Below, one piece after another: positions 29,901-39,617 of a stretch of 64,000 nt of DNA. Below the pieces are notes generated by a model that was given only the letters and a program-made list of their open reading frames with translations, was not told the origin of the DNA and did not search any database. Position numbers and translations under genes: made by a program. Numbering within the stretch: position 1 is the first letter of the stretch; the number at the start of each line of letters is the position of its first letter. The stretch covers positions 1,888,001 to 1,952,000 of the forward strand of contig OY781964.1 of NCBI GenBank assembly GCA_963677485.1, read 5' to 3'. This stretch comes from Armatimonadota bacterium. GTDB lineage: Bacteria > Armatimonadota > HRBIN16.

Positions 29901-30325
29901 ACCGCAGCGAGGTTGTTCCACCATGAGCTGGCGCTCCCTTGGTTGTCCAGCGTGGTGACCGTAAGCTGCTCGGGTGCTGGGTGGCGATTCGCACTTGATG
30001 GCCAGCTCAACTCCAGTTTTTCTATCGGGCGGATCTCTTCCCACAACAAAGCACACAGCACCCGCTTGATTTGCTCATTCTCTCTGTCCACGGGCTGGTT
30101 TAGGGGCAGTTTGGCATAATGCAGCAGTGCGATCCAGCTCTCAGGCGGGTTATCGCCGGCTTTACGGTCAGCACGATACTGGTAGGCACTCGATGCGATG
30201 TCTACCGGTTGACCCACCAGCTTGCTGGCGTCTTTCACTGCCAGCGGGGCCGAATAGCCGGCCATGGCGAAGCATAAACTCAATATGATCACTGTGAAAA
30301 TGAACATGGGATATCTGACCTCCAT
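26924..30325 (-). CDS. Large secreted protein with a probable six-hairpin glycosidase C-terminal domain
   Basis: 1133 aa with a signal peptide. Contains 'EHYWMTGDKQWL' and 'LLVMEEG..LWLARATPRVWL...VQNAPTHFG', typical of (alpha/alpha)6 GH C-termini. Confidence 0.65.
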   Translation of the reverse strand: MEVRYPMFIFTVIILSLCFAMAGYSAPLAVKDASKLVGQPVDIASSAYQYRADRKAGDNPPESWIALLHYAKLPLNQPVDRENEQIKRVLCALLWEEIRPIEKLELSWPSSANRHPAPEQLTVTTLDNQGSASSWWNNLAAVEQAAKPVKSSDGRSYTYDLKHNTCGIVLSVAGPKTASEYDVPTVRVLVADTWKNMDIEIEWAFEKSTAQKDYSGRYECYDGILTGLQPLNGDAGTSADGTSWSSTGKAADRRGIKASLLYMGTSKWREQIPFTSQREDVARTIVTLWTKSGNFSFLAADLENGPIYAPEYGFFIRRSSKLPPVKKQSAQDHRNKMVPLSSKMNSIAGNAELVGWGSDETPWFGGNPTNHLVSVQGIELPANSLAMHPGQSAEVAVGWHSPIKGSMKVTASVAHAQTGSDGIEWWITHDTKAKHFDLAHGATNGTGSQSIPADSEQTKALDSVKLEAGDVLSLAVGRKGSHVCDTTLISLVITEVGGRGRTWNLSQDVLGSLHAGNPHSDTQGNADVWQFAMQNSVVSPGIPSHPPISLASKATSARAFLKQLKAKKLSTIRQQTRDHEEQSWEGAVTAMCGENLPPHPTAPAEFKPAMQISVPSERMTAQWNLGNWHLLRHAQKNLANGRLWFDDYPYGILGAETYMVLMALDLFGSHSAAADGLDQWISLPMDTNSVGHNAGALPNRPNGLFTDGHGCLTNAVGPDGAGGQMDGIHAFGPGSIGLALTEHYWMTGDKQWLKAAAPRIQANAEWMLRQRQVNRNMLPGGERLWCKGLQPALQVTPDSGGLWMQFYECEAYYWSSIARLAATLSVVDPEAGAKLAAEAKSYRKDLLAAVERSIALSPVVPVRDGTYHSVIPFSCYVRGLSTGAWGWLRDGSGSHVGPMYWETVQSAAALISLAGLLPPDDVRVQGYLDVLEDRLLLENAYVAQRAKGDWFMAGWQYQGGLERTANMHLAGDDVPVFLRSFFNCYAIDLLPFDGYIFNEHAVHGPPDKIFEEAAFLERFRNLLVMEEGQNLWLARATPRVWLEQGKRISVQNAPTHFGVVSYEIVSDVEQNTIKAELDMPKRSQPAAVKLRLRHPKGMPIKAMLVNGQNWLEFDCDTVRLHGLSGRVTVEARY

Positions 30326-30402
30326 CGCTTTGGTTCCCTTCTATGATCGGGGTTTCGACGATTCCTCAAGGGATGTCACCACACGTCCGTTAGTTCGCCA
30401 CT

Positions 30403-32346
30403 TTACCGGTTGATATGGAACAACCGGGTTTCACCAAGCAGCATATCGAACTTGAACGAAGTTGCTCTGCCCATCTCAACACCGTCTGTCACCGATGTCA
30501 GACTGCATTCATATGGCATATGGAGCGTCTTCGGACCCGCCGTGCTGGCATGAATCGAGACATAGCCGTTACCGGCGGCGACAACATCATTTTGCACACT
30601 GTAGAGATGAACACCTGCTTGGGCCGCATATTTTGATAGCGTGGCCGCGGGCAACGTGGTGGCATTGGCATAATAGCTGCGGCTACCGGTGCCCTCTCCC
30701 AGCTTCACGACCTCACTCACATTGCTGGGTGACACAACACCTCCGCGCACAATGCCCGGGTCGGACATCCACAGCAGCACGTTGCCCGGACGACAGGCCT
30801 GCTTCTTGATGGCGCGCAACTGGTTTGTGTCCAGCCGAAAGGTGTCCAGGAAGATGTATATTTTCGCCTTTGGCAGCTTGCCCGCCACCAGGTCCTCCAG
30901 CAGATACACGCCCACCGGTGCACCGATCCGGTAGTATTGCTGCCGGAACACATGAAGAAGGTAGTCCTGCGAGGCGGGATGGTAATAACAGCTTCGCTCA
31001 TCAAGAATCACCGCGATCTCAGGACTGTACTTTGTGAGCTCAGCGATGTTTGAGTTGTAGGCCTTTACCAGTTTGCCATTGTATTGCCAGATGGCCTCAT
31101 CGTTGAACCATCCGCGGCTGGCGATGTCGCCCCACCACTGGCCTGCGCCATGTGTTAATGAAACCGCAAAGTTGCGCTGCAGCACGCCCAGCGTTTCCCT
31201 GAGGTCCGCGCAGCGGCCGAAGCCAGCATCAGCATCGGCCAGGAACGTGCGCGTGTCGTCCTCGGTCAGCCAGAGCTTCCCGTGCAGCCTCACGGAGTCG
31301 AACGCGCCCATCATCGCCCCGGAGCCACCAGCGGAACGGTCGTAGTAGGAGGTGGGTGACACAATGGCGTCGACATAGGGTGACTTCAGCAGCCGCCCCA
31401 GCGCCAACCCGCCGCTGCCCGGCAGACCGAACTGCTCCATCTGGTAGCCGTAGAACGCGATCGCGAGCTTGTCCGGGGCCACATCCTTCACCGCTTTGCA
31501 CATCAACGCCACGGCGTCAGCCATACCGGTGTTCGCAAATTCGTCGAAGTCGATCGCCTTTTGCTGTTTCTGCGGGTCGCGATACTGGCCAACCGTCACT
31601 TCCGTGCGCTCAGACACGGTGGGCACATCCGCAGTGTTGATGGTCACGCTGGGGGCCGCCCAAGCCACCTGAAGTGCGCGGTCAGTGCGGTATTTCGTGC
31701 GCATAAACCTCTGGAATGCCGTCACAGCGGCCGGTTCGAAGCCGGTCACCTTCTGCGGAAAATTCCAAAAGAACCATTCGTCGGAGGTTTGTCCGGTCAC
31801 ATGGTATCCAGCGATGTTGTTGCCGTATTTTGCTTCCATGTGTTTCACATATGCACGGATGTTCATCGCGGCGTCTTTTCGCCATGCCGATGAATGGACG
31901 CACGCCAGAGGACCGACCGTGCCATCGTCGAACTTCATCACACCTCCTGGATGCTCGCTCTTCCACCAGTCAGGCGGGCCATCGGTCTGGAACCTCGGGA
32001 TGATCAGCGCGTTGGGGTTCGCCGCCAGCACTTTGTCAATCCATTGGTCGACCGCAGAATAATCGGGGGTCTGCCCTGGCCGCGTCCACGGGAATGTGGT
32101 GATGACCGACACGATATTGACGCCCTGCTGCTTCGCGGCCGATATCTCCGCCTGCCCAATTTCGGTGGAGCCGAAAATCAGGCCGGTGTATAGCATGATC
32201 GGCGCCGTTGGCTTTCCGTTGATCTGGAGCACCGGACCGGCTGGCGTTTGCGCCACCCTGGCGGTGAGTGCCATCACGCTGTGGTTCTGGCTGAGCATTA
32301 GGCTGCATAAAATCATGGCAAATACCTGCGTGTGGTGGATTGGCAT
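30403..32346 (-). CDS. GH42/beta-galactosidase-like glycoside hydrolase
   Basis: Probable ATG at 32346 after AAGGA. Motifs 'GYHVTGQTSDEWF', 'SPTSYYDR' and 'WLTEDDTRT'. Paralog of 1301..3928. Confidence 0.7.
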   Translation of the reverse strand: MPIHHTQVFAMILCSLMLSQNHSVMALTARVAQTPAGPVLQINGKPTAPIMLYTGLIFGSTEIGQAEISAAKQQGVNIVSVITTFPWTRPGQTPDYSAVDQWIDKVLAANPNALIIPRFQTDGPPDWWKSEHPGGVMKFDDGTVGPLACVHSSAWRKDAAMNIRAYVKHMEAKYGNNIAGYHVTGQTSDEWFFWNFPQKVTGFEPAAVTAFQRFMRTKYRTDRALQVAWAAPSVTINTADVPTVSERTEVTVGQYRDPQKQQKAIDFDEFANTGMADAVALMCKAVKDVAPDKLAIAFYGYQMEQFGLPGSGGLALGRLLKSPYVDAIVSPTSYYDRSAGGSGAMMGAFDSVRLHGKLWLTEDDTRTFLADADAGFGRCADLRETLGVLQRNFAVSLTHGAGQWWGDIASRGWFNDEAIWQYNGKLVKAYNSNIAELTKYSPEIAVILDERSCYYHPASQDYLLHVFRQQYYRIGAPVGVYLLEDLVAGKLPKAKIYIFLDTFRLDTNQLRAIKKQACRPGNVLLWMSDPGIVRGGVVSPSNVSEVVKLGEGTGSRSYYANATTLPAATLSKYAAQAGVHLYSVQNDVVAAGNGYVSIHASTAGPKTLHMPYECSLTSVTDGVEMGRATSFKFDMLLGETRLFHINR

Positions 32347-32651
32347 TATGTGAACATCCTTATCTGTCGCTGTGCTGTTCGGACTGCTTGGTACCATTCG
32401 GCGTGTTCCGCTTCCATCCCTGCCTGGTTGATGGCCAGATTGGAGAATCAATGACCACTTGGTTTCACGCGAAGACGCGAAGGGTATGACCGGCGTGAGG
32501 ATGGTGGTTAGCCGAACCCGTCACCCGTGACTCGCAGTCACGATGCCGCGGGTTCCTGCACCGCATGGCAAAACACCTGTAGCTGAGCACTGCACACCGG
32601 GTATATATACACTTGGTGAGTTTTGCAGTCTAATTTGCTGAGGTATGTTTT

Positions 32652-33356
32652 ATGAATGCACTGGAAAAGGCCATCATCGCGTTAACCAACAATGAGCGCA
32701 GCCGCAGGGGGCTCACACCCTGCAGCATGGATGAGCAACTGGCGAACGTCGCGCGGATGCACTCGGCGGACATGCTGAAACGTGATTTCTTTACCCACGA
32801 TAACCCCGATGGGTTGGGGCCTGACGAGCGCGTGAAGAAAGGCTATCCCACACTGCTTGGCGGTGTGGGTGAGAACATCGCCTTTCTGGAGAATTACCCC
32901 GATGGGGAGCTGGCTAAGCGGTTCGTGACGAACTGGATGAACAGCCCGGGCCACCGAGCGAACATCCTAAAAGCCGACTACAAACTGATGGGTCTTGGCA
33001 TCGCCCGCGAGGGCAGGAGGGTGATGGCCACACAGTTGTTTGCGGATCCCTTCGCCATCTTCAAAAGCCTGCCGTCGTCGACCATCCCTTACGGCAGGAA
33101 GCTGGTGTTGGAATTCTCCAGCCTGATCCCAGCCTCAGATCTGTTTGTTTCTGTGCAGTTTCCTGACGCTCAGGCGAAGTATTTCATCGACTCCCGCCGC
33201 TATTATGTGGGCAGCGCGAAGATCAAGCCGGAGTCACTGGGCGGCAGCAACTACCAGTTCAGCTTGAAGCTGGAGTATGGCCGTGGTGTTTACCGGGTGA
33301 ACATCACTCGTGGGAACTACCTGTATGGCGCGGGGATCGGCATCACTGTGAGGTAG
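32652..33356 (+). CDS. CAP (SCP/YkwD) domain protein
   Basis: Motifs 'TNNERSRRGL', 'ARMHSADM...FFTH', 'GENIA' and 'WMNSPGHRANIL'. Confidence 0.9.
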   Translation: MNALEKAIIALTNNERSRRGLTPCSMDEQLANVARMHSADMLKRDFFTHDNPDGLGPDERVKKGYPTLLGGVGENIAFLENYPDGELAKRFVTNWMNSPGHRANILKADYKLMGLGIAREGRRVMATQLFADPFAIFKSLPSSTIPYGRKLVLEFSSLIPASDLFVSVQFPDAQAKYFIDSRRYYVGSAKIKPESLGGSNYQFSLKLEYGRGVYRVNITRGNYLYGAGIGITVR

Positions 33357-33497
33357 GTGCTTCGGGAGGAGTTAGGAGCGGAGGAGAGTAGGAGTAAATC
33401 CGGTAAACCATACTCGTCTTACTCATCGTATGTGTCTTCCCGGTCAAGCTTTATGGTAGTGTTAATTGCTATGAAAAACAGGAGTTAAAGCTAAAGT

Positions 33498-35231
33498 ATG
33501 ATTCGTAAAGATTACTTGGGACAGCCGTGGGTGACGCAATCGGCACCCGATTTGAAGTTCACCACCCGCACTGTGCCATCACCGTACGGCATCGACTACC
33601 CATTTGCGGAACAAACCGCACAAGGCGTGACCCTGTTCACCAGGTTTCCGAAGTTTAGTCTGCGTGACCGCCACATACATGTCTCGGGGCCATGGTATAA
33701 CAACTGGGCCGACAACCAGCATTTCACGCGCGGCATCAGCACGGTTGAAGCGGTGCCGAATTATCGCGTTGGAACCGCCCCCACCGATGTCCGGAACCTG
33801 CCGTATACCCAAAAGCACCAACTGATGGGCGACCCGTTCTTCTGGGGACATGCAGAACGTCTGGCCAATGAGCTGGAACAGAAAAACCCCAAATATGACC
33901 GTATCGCCGCGCTGCGTCTTTTCCACAAAGAGCATCTCTTTTCAAACCACCGCGAGGCCTTCTTGACCTTAGGTGAACTGGCCTGGAACGCCGAGAGAGA
34001 ACCCACCGACTACAAACGCAAAGGGGTGCTCTACCCGTGCTTTGACATCGAGGCCACCGGCGGATGGGAGCACCAGCGAGACTGCTTTGGCTGGCTGTAT
34101 GAAGGTTACGCCAGAGCCGCACTGAAAGAGACGGGTATCAGGGTCTGCCCCATTTCCTATGGGCAATACACCTTCGAGGTCGGCGCGCTCTACACGTCTA
34201 TCCGCACGGGAGGCTCAGGCTTACCCGAATACCTTTTGCCCGATAAAGACTATTTGAGGGACAATGACCCCACCCTGAAGATATTCAATGAGTTCCACGG
34301 TGTGCTGTCCACCGATGGCTACCTGCGTGCGATATGGGGCAACGAGCCATTGTATAAGCGCAGCTCCGATGGCCGGCTGATCATGAAACAAGGTGTTCCT
34401 GAGTTTAGTGATCTCACCAGCACGAAATGCTATGGCCACAATCTGACGCTGGAACTCGGCGAAGCGGAGCACTGCCTGCAGGACCTCTACGTCCAGGCGG
34501 TCAGGCTCTACCTGATGCACCACCGCATCGCCGGCCAGTATCCTGCGGACAGCACCATCCGACGGCCGCATTTAGCTAATGTCAAAGTGGGGGCCTGGTC
34601 GCGAATCTGCAACGAAGGTGTTCAGGGTATTCAGTAGAATGACCGCCCGCTGCCGCCATGGCTGATGGACATGTTTACGGGGATGTCGCTGTTCGCTGCC
34701 GACGACTATGTGTTATGGGCCTCAGAGTTTAACACCAGACCGGGCGCCCCAGGAGCCGACTACACCCAGGCATGGAAATACAACGCCCATGGAGTGCTGG
34801 AGTTCCTGGTGAAAGCCGCTCACCGGTATAGCGCTCTGGACCCGATCCATGAAGGGCCGTTCAAGTGGTGCTGGTTCGACCTTCCGGTGATCGCCATGAA
34901 CAAATCCGATGGCGACCGTTACGAGCAAAAGCCCATCATCATGGGCAAACTGCGCAGCTTCAAGGGTAAACCGTGGCTTGAGATGTGGGCCGCTTGGCCA
35001 GCCATTGACAACCAACCGGCCAGCTTCACCGTGTGGATTGAGATGGACGGCAAGAAGTCGCCAGATTGGAAAATAAAACTCCGCAACGGCCGAAGCTACT
35101 ATCTTGATGCATGGCAGTTACCGGCTGAGTTCGCTAAGGCGGAAGGTAAGCATGTGCATGTGCGTTTCACAGACCAGCTTGGGGTCACTCGAAACTGGCA
35201 GGGCGACTGGCGCTTGCGGCTGCGCGGGTAG
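33498..35231 (+). pseudogene. Hypothetical 577-codon gene split by an in-frame TAG at 34635-34637
   Basis: ORFs 33498..34637 and 34665..35231 share a frame and are joined by nine sense codons (NDRPLPPWL). Confidence 0.7.
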
Positions 35232-35603
35232 GGACCCCCCGTTTACGGACGCCATTCCGTGGAGTGACTAAACCGCGGAAACGCGGCTGATCATCTGCGG
35301 TATGGACTGAACATCCCGTGTCGACGGGTTCCATCGCCCCAGGGGGCTCCATCACCCGTCGCTGATCAAATAGCTGCCCGCGTTCCGGCGGGCGTAGGGA
35401 GGACGCCTGCGCCGTCCGTGACTACGTAGCAGAACATAGTCGTGCAGGGTGACAAAAACCGCGGCACATCGGATCTAGTGCTGTTCAGGGTTGAGCAGTT
35501 ACATTCCAGTGTCACTCGGGGTATCATTAAGGCTGGAGTACCTCGCATTTGACTGCGCAGGCACCCGCATCAACGCAGTTTACAACCACCAAGGAGAACT
35601 TTC

Positions 35604-36074
35604 ATGGCATACGGAATACCGCACCTCATTTTCGCTCTGAACTACTCATATGGCAACGTGATGAAACACATAAACGGCTGCAGCGATGAGCAGTGGAATT
35701 GGAAACCCTACCCCGAATGCAAGAGCATCAGAGAGACCGTGGAGCACATGATCGTGGATTGCCGCGCCTGTGTCTATTGCCTCCGCACCTCTGCCATGCC
35801 CGACTTCGAGAAGATGGCGGTCACCGAAACGGACCGCAGCAAGCTGTTTGAGCTGCTGGATCAGGCTCATGGACAGATGCTCGAATACATCCAAGCCAAC
35901 TACGCCGATATCCCCTTGGATACTATGGTCACGATGTGGGGTATGCAGATGCCGCTAGCCGCTGCCATTGGTAGCATGACCACGGAATATCACTACCACG
36001 CAGGGCAGATCGCCTTTATCCGCATGGCCACCGATCCCAACTGGGATTACTACGCTGCGGTCTTCGGCGCGTAG
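35604..36074 (+). CDS. DinB/YfiT family protein
   Basis: Motifs 'SDEQWNWKP...SIRETVEHM' and 'EYHYHAGQIAFIR'. AAGGAG RBS. Confidence 0.85.
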   Translation: MAYGIPHLIFALNYSYGNVMKHINGCSDEQWNWKPYPECKSIRETVEHMIVDCRACVYCLRTSAMPDFEKMAVTETDRSKLFELLDQAHGQMLEYIQANYADIPLDTMVTMWGMQMPLAAAIGSMTTEYHYHAGQIAFIRMATDPNWDYYAAVFGA

Positions 36075-36143
36075 CCCATCCCGTGGTATGAATGCCAGTC
36101 AATCACCCACAAATACATAGCAAACTGCAGATACCTTCCGAGC

Positions 36144-36346
36144 ACCCACGAAGTGGGTAAGATTCTTATAGCCACGGGTGAGCGCCAGCGATACCCGTGG
36201 AATGCAGACAGAAACGATCTACCCCGAAGGGGTCTTCGGTGGTGTCAATGAGGTGCGACCCACTTCGGGGTAGGATTGTTTGCGGGTTTACCAGGGGTTG
36301 CGCTTCGCTTACCCCTGGCTATAATGAATCATACCCACTTCGTGGG
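36144..36346. repeat. REP-like composite palindrome
   Basis: ACCCACGAAGTGGG...TATAGCC pairs with GGCTATA...CCCACTTCGTGGGT, with internal hairpins (CCCCGAAGGGG; CCAGGGGT...ACCCCTGG). Confidence 0.75.
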
Positions 36347-36388
36347 TGCCGGACCATCCATGCCATATGCTATGATCGATTTATACTG

Positions 36389-36475
36389 GTCGTAGGGGCG
36401 TCCCTTGTGGGCGCCCTAAGCAATCATTATCGCCTGAACAACGATTAGGGCGCCCACAAGGGACGCCCCTACGAC
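36389..36475. repeat. GTAG-type REP doublet (REPIN-like), perfect 31-bp inverted repeat
   Basis: GTCGTAGGGGCGTCCCTTGTGGGCGCCCTAA at 36389-36419 and its exact reverse complement at 36445-36475. Confidence 0.9.
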
Positions 36476-36645
36476 AGTATCAGTTGCAGTATGGACTGTC
36501 GTGCCAAAACAGGCCGTTTCTTGTTGATCAATAGCCGAGACATTTATGCCGCGGAATCGGAGATATACGGGCTCGCAATGCGCGGGGTCGCATATATGAT
36601 TTCTAGGTCATTAACTGACCGCACATATACAGGAGTTCTTCACAG

Positions 36646-37893
36646 ATGATTTGTGCCCAATCGACACCGACAGGAACGCTGTCACCCCAGGATATCAACG
36701 CGAACTTATGCCGGTTTGCTGAGGAGATGCCGCAGCACGGCCAGCGGATTCTGCTGGTGGTGCCCGACCTCACCCGCACGGCACCCATCGATGTGGTCTA
36801 CCAGACCATATACCCCATCCTGGCCCGACGCTTCCGCGATGTCGATGTGATGGTAGCCCTGGGCACCCATCAGCCACTGACCGATCAGCAGATATGCCAG
36901 CGACTGGGTATCAGCGAGCAGCAGCACAAAGACACCTATACCCAGAGCCGCTTCTTCAACCACGCCTTTGACGACCCAGAGCAGTTGCAGCTCATCGGCC
37001 ACTTCAGCAGCGAGCAGGTGTGGGAGATCAGCGAAGGTTTGATGCGCGAAGAGGTGCCCATCACCATCAACAAGCGTCTGCTAGGTTACGACCAGGTGCT
37101 GATTATCGGGCCGGTGTTCCCCCACGAGGTGGTCGGATTCTCCGGCGGAAATAAGTATCTCTTCCCCGGCGTGGCAGGCCGGGAGCTGATCGACTTCTTC
37201 CACTGGCTGGGTGCGCTGATCACGAACGTGAAGGTGATTGGCGTAAAGCACAATCCGGTCAGGCGGGTGGTGGACGAGGCTGCGAAATACCTGTCGACCC
37301 CCCGTTATGCTCTCTGCCTGGTGGAGGACAGCGGTCTGGCGGGGATGTTCGGCGGATCACCCGAGGAGGCCTGGCAAGGCGCTTCGGAGCTGAGTTCACA
37401 GCGTCACATATTGTATACACCCCGGGCCTATCACACCATCCTAAGCTGTGCGCCCGAGATGTATGACGAGATGTGGGTGGGCGGCAAGTGTATGTATAAG
37501 CTGGAGCCGGTGCTGGCCGAGGGCGGCACGCTTATCATTTATGCCCCGCACATCAAGCTGATTTCGGTCACCCATGGGGCATTGATAGAGGAGGTGGGCT
37601 ATCACTGCCGCGACTACATCGTGTATCACTGGGAGCGGTTGAAGCACATCCCCCGCGGCGTTCTGGCGCACAGCACGCACGTGAAGGGTCAAGGCCGCAT
37701 GGAAGGCGATGTGGAGCATCCGCGCGCCCGAGTGGTTCTGGCCACCGGCATATCAGAAGAGCTGACGCGTAAGGTCAACCTCGACTACGTGTCGCCTGGC
37801 AGCATCAACCCGGCTGACTACGCTAACCGCGAAGCGGAAGGCGTGCTTCTGGTGCCCCACGCCGGCGAGCGGCTGTATAGGCTGCGGGAGTAA
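36646..37893 (+). CDS. LarA-family (lactate racemase domain) protein
   Basis: Motifs 'LVVPDLTR', 'VALGTH', 'PHEVVGFSGGNKYLFPG' and 'EGGTLIIYAP'. Confidence 0.85.
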   Translation: MICAQSTPTGTLSPQDINANLCRFAEEMPQHGQRILLVVPDLTRTAPIDVVYQTIYPILARRFRDVDVMVALGTHQPLTDQQICQRLGISEQQHKDTYTQSRFFNHAFDDPEQLQLIGHFSSEQVWEISEGLMREEVPITINKRLLGYDQVLIIGPVFPHEVVGFSGGNKYLFPGVAGRELIDFFHWLGALITNVKVIGVKHNPVRRVVDEAAKYLSTPRYALCLVEDSGLAGMFGGSPEEAWQGASELSSQRHILYTPRAYHTILSCAPEMYDEMWVGGKCMYKLEPVLAEGGTLIIYAPHIKLISVTHGALIEEVGYHCRDYIVYHWERLKHIPRGVLAHSTHVKGQGRMEGDVEHPRARVVLATGISEELTRKVNLDYVSPGSINPADYANREAEGVLLVPHAGERLYRLRE

Positions 37894-37921
37894 GCGAGGT
37901 CGGGGGGGGAATCGCACGAGG

Positions 37922-38845
37922 GTGAGTATGGAGATGGAATACAATAAACCAAGCCTAGACATCAATCAACAGGTTCAAAGACTAATGGGTCGTGGTATGC
38001 AAGGCGACCCTGAATACATGGCTGCCAAGTTAGCGATTGTTAGTTACAACCGCCTGAGTGCCTATTGGCGCATCTATCGTAACGATGATGGTAGGTTCAT
38101 GCCGAATACGAGCTTTAAGGCAGTTTGGGATGTATATGTATTTGATCAGCGATTGCGACTCCTTGTCATGGACGCGATAGAGCGGATCGAGGTAGCTGTT
38201 CGATCTAGGCTTGCCTATCATCACTCACAGGTATACGGGCCATTTGGCTATGCGAACGATCCGGTCAGCTTACCCGCTATCGGTAAGCATAACCCGCAAC
38301 TACTAATAATGATCCAGAACCAGATATCTAGAAGCCATGTAGAATATGTGATGAACTTCACTCAAATGTATGGGGACAAACATGAATACCCACCTCTCTG
38401 GATGACTGTAGAGGCGATATCATTCGGCTTGCTGGTCAATCTGTATAGAAGTGTACCTGATAAGATAAAAAAGTCCATTGCTATCGAGTTCTGCGTATGT
38501 GCACCCGTGTTTGAATCATGGATGATCATGCTGAGGATAATACGAAACATCAGTGCTCATCACGCCCGGTTATGGAACATTTCACTTGAGATGACTGCCA
38601 AGCCTAAGCTTCCCGACCGAAACAACGGTCGACAGTGGTATATACCAACTGACATCAGTAATAAAAACATGTATGCAATACTCTCAATATGCAAATGGTG
38701 TATGGATTCGATTTCGCCATCGAGCAACTGGTATAGACGTATCTTCAAACTATTCGATGATTTCCTGTCTGTTCCCAGGTCATATATGGGCATTCCTGAT
38801 GACTGGAGAAATCATGAAATATGGAAATCGACACACTCTCATTGA
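37922..38845 (+). CDS. Abi family (AbiD/AbiF, Abi_2) HEPN RNase
   Basis: Motifs 'SYNRLSAY', 'YVFDQRLR...IERIEVAVRS', 'PPLW..VE.ISFG' and HEPN 'RNISAH.ARLWN'. Lower GC than the flanks. Confidence 0.9.
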   Translation: MSMEMEYNKPSLDINQQVQRLMGRGMQGDPEYMAAKLAIVSYNRLSAYWRIYRNDDGRFMPNTSFKAVWDVYVFDQRLRLLVMDAIERIEVAVRSRLAYHHSQVYGPFGYANDPVSLPAIGKHNPQLLIMIQNQISRSHVEYVMNFTQMYGDKHEYPPLWMTVEAISFGLLVNLYRSVPDKIKKSIAIEFCVCAPVFESWMIMLRIIRNISAHHARLWNISLEMTAKPKLPDRNNGRQWYIPTDISNKNMYAILSICKWCMDSISPSSNWYRRIFKLFDDFLSVPRSYMGIPDDWRNHEIWKSTHSH

Positions 38846-38870
38846 CAAATGTTCAATAATGTGAGATAAT
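38842..38870 (+). promoter_or_regulatory. Sigma70 promoter overlapping the abi stop codon
   Basis: TTGACA at 38842-38847, 17-bp spacer, then TGn-GATAAT at 38862-38870. Confidence 0.75.
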
Positions 38871-38876
38871 GATCAT

Positions 38877-38940
38877 GTAATACCCCTCAAGCCTCTGCGG
38901 TTTCGGCTGCAAGCTCAAATTGAGGGGTTTTTATGTTTTT
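38877..38940 (+). ncRNA. Candidate abiF-type small RNA antitoxin
   Basis: Own promoter, outer stem ACCCCTCAA/TTGAGGGGT, inner UUCG hairpin and a U-tract. No plus-strand ORF follows. Confidence 0.6.
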
Positions 38941-39000
38941 AAGGAACGACTGTTATTCCATATCAACAAGCCATCATCACTGAGCGTGACGCCTCCTGTT

Positions 39001-39414
39001 TCATAGGCTGGGTAGTTTGGTTAGGATAGACATACGTTTTGTGCTTTCATCAATCACAGATATCTCCCTGCGTGCCACATCCAGAAATAGAGGTGCTCCC
39101 CATGATGTTTCCACTACGGAGGTTATTAAATACATAATCGTGAGTTCTTTTATGTGTCTGCGTGCATATATCACGCACTGTAGTATGAGGTTATATGGCG
39201 CTGGATTGGCGATGACTGAAAATAACGCATGCTCCGCTGTTATCGTAGCCGACATCAACACTGGCTCGATGACAGATAGTAGACTTGCAGTATTTGTGTA
39301 ATATGCCCTTTTGATCGTGATGGGTGCCTCTTCTTGTCCAACGACGTAGTGCTGTCCATCAACGCAACGCAATATCTTTCTAGTGTCATCTCGTAAGTCT
39401 ATGATCTTACTCAT
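39001..39414 (-). CDS. Hypothetical protein
   Basis: 137-aa low-GC ORF with a GAGGTG RBS upstream. Confidence 0.55.
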   Translation of the reverse strand: MSKIIDLRDDTRKILRCVDGQHYVVGQEEAPITIKRAYYTNTASLLSVIEPVLMSATITAEHALFSVIANPAPYNLILQCVIYARRHIKELTIMYLITSVVETSWGAPLFLDVARREISVIDESTKRMSILTKLPSL

Positions 39415-39617
39415 TGCGTTTCACCTCATCGAGTAGTTGTGAGCTCATCCCGCAACTGTTATCAATCGCCCGCTTGGTATGATAGGATCGGTTGAGCCGT
39501 TTAGGTTAACAAACACTTTCGGCTGCTTTGCTATTTTATACCCTTTTCAACATGGACTGTCAAGCCACCAGTTTTGGGCCAACCACCAGACCGACGTCGT
39601 CATCTCTTAGTCTGCGC

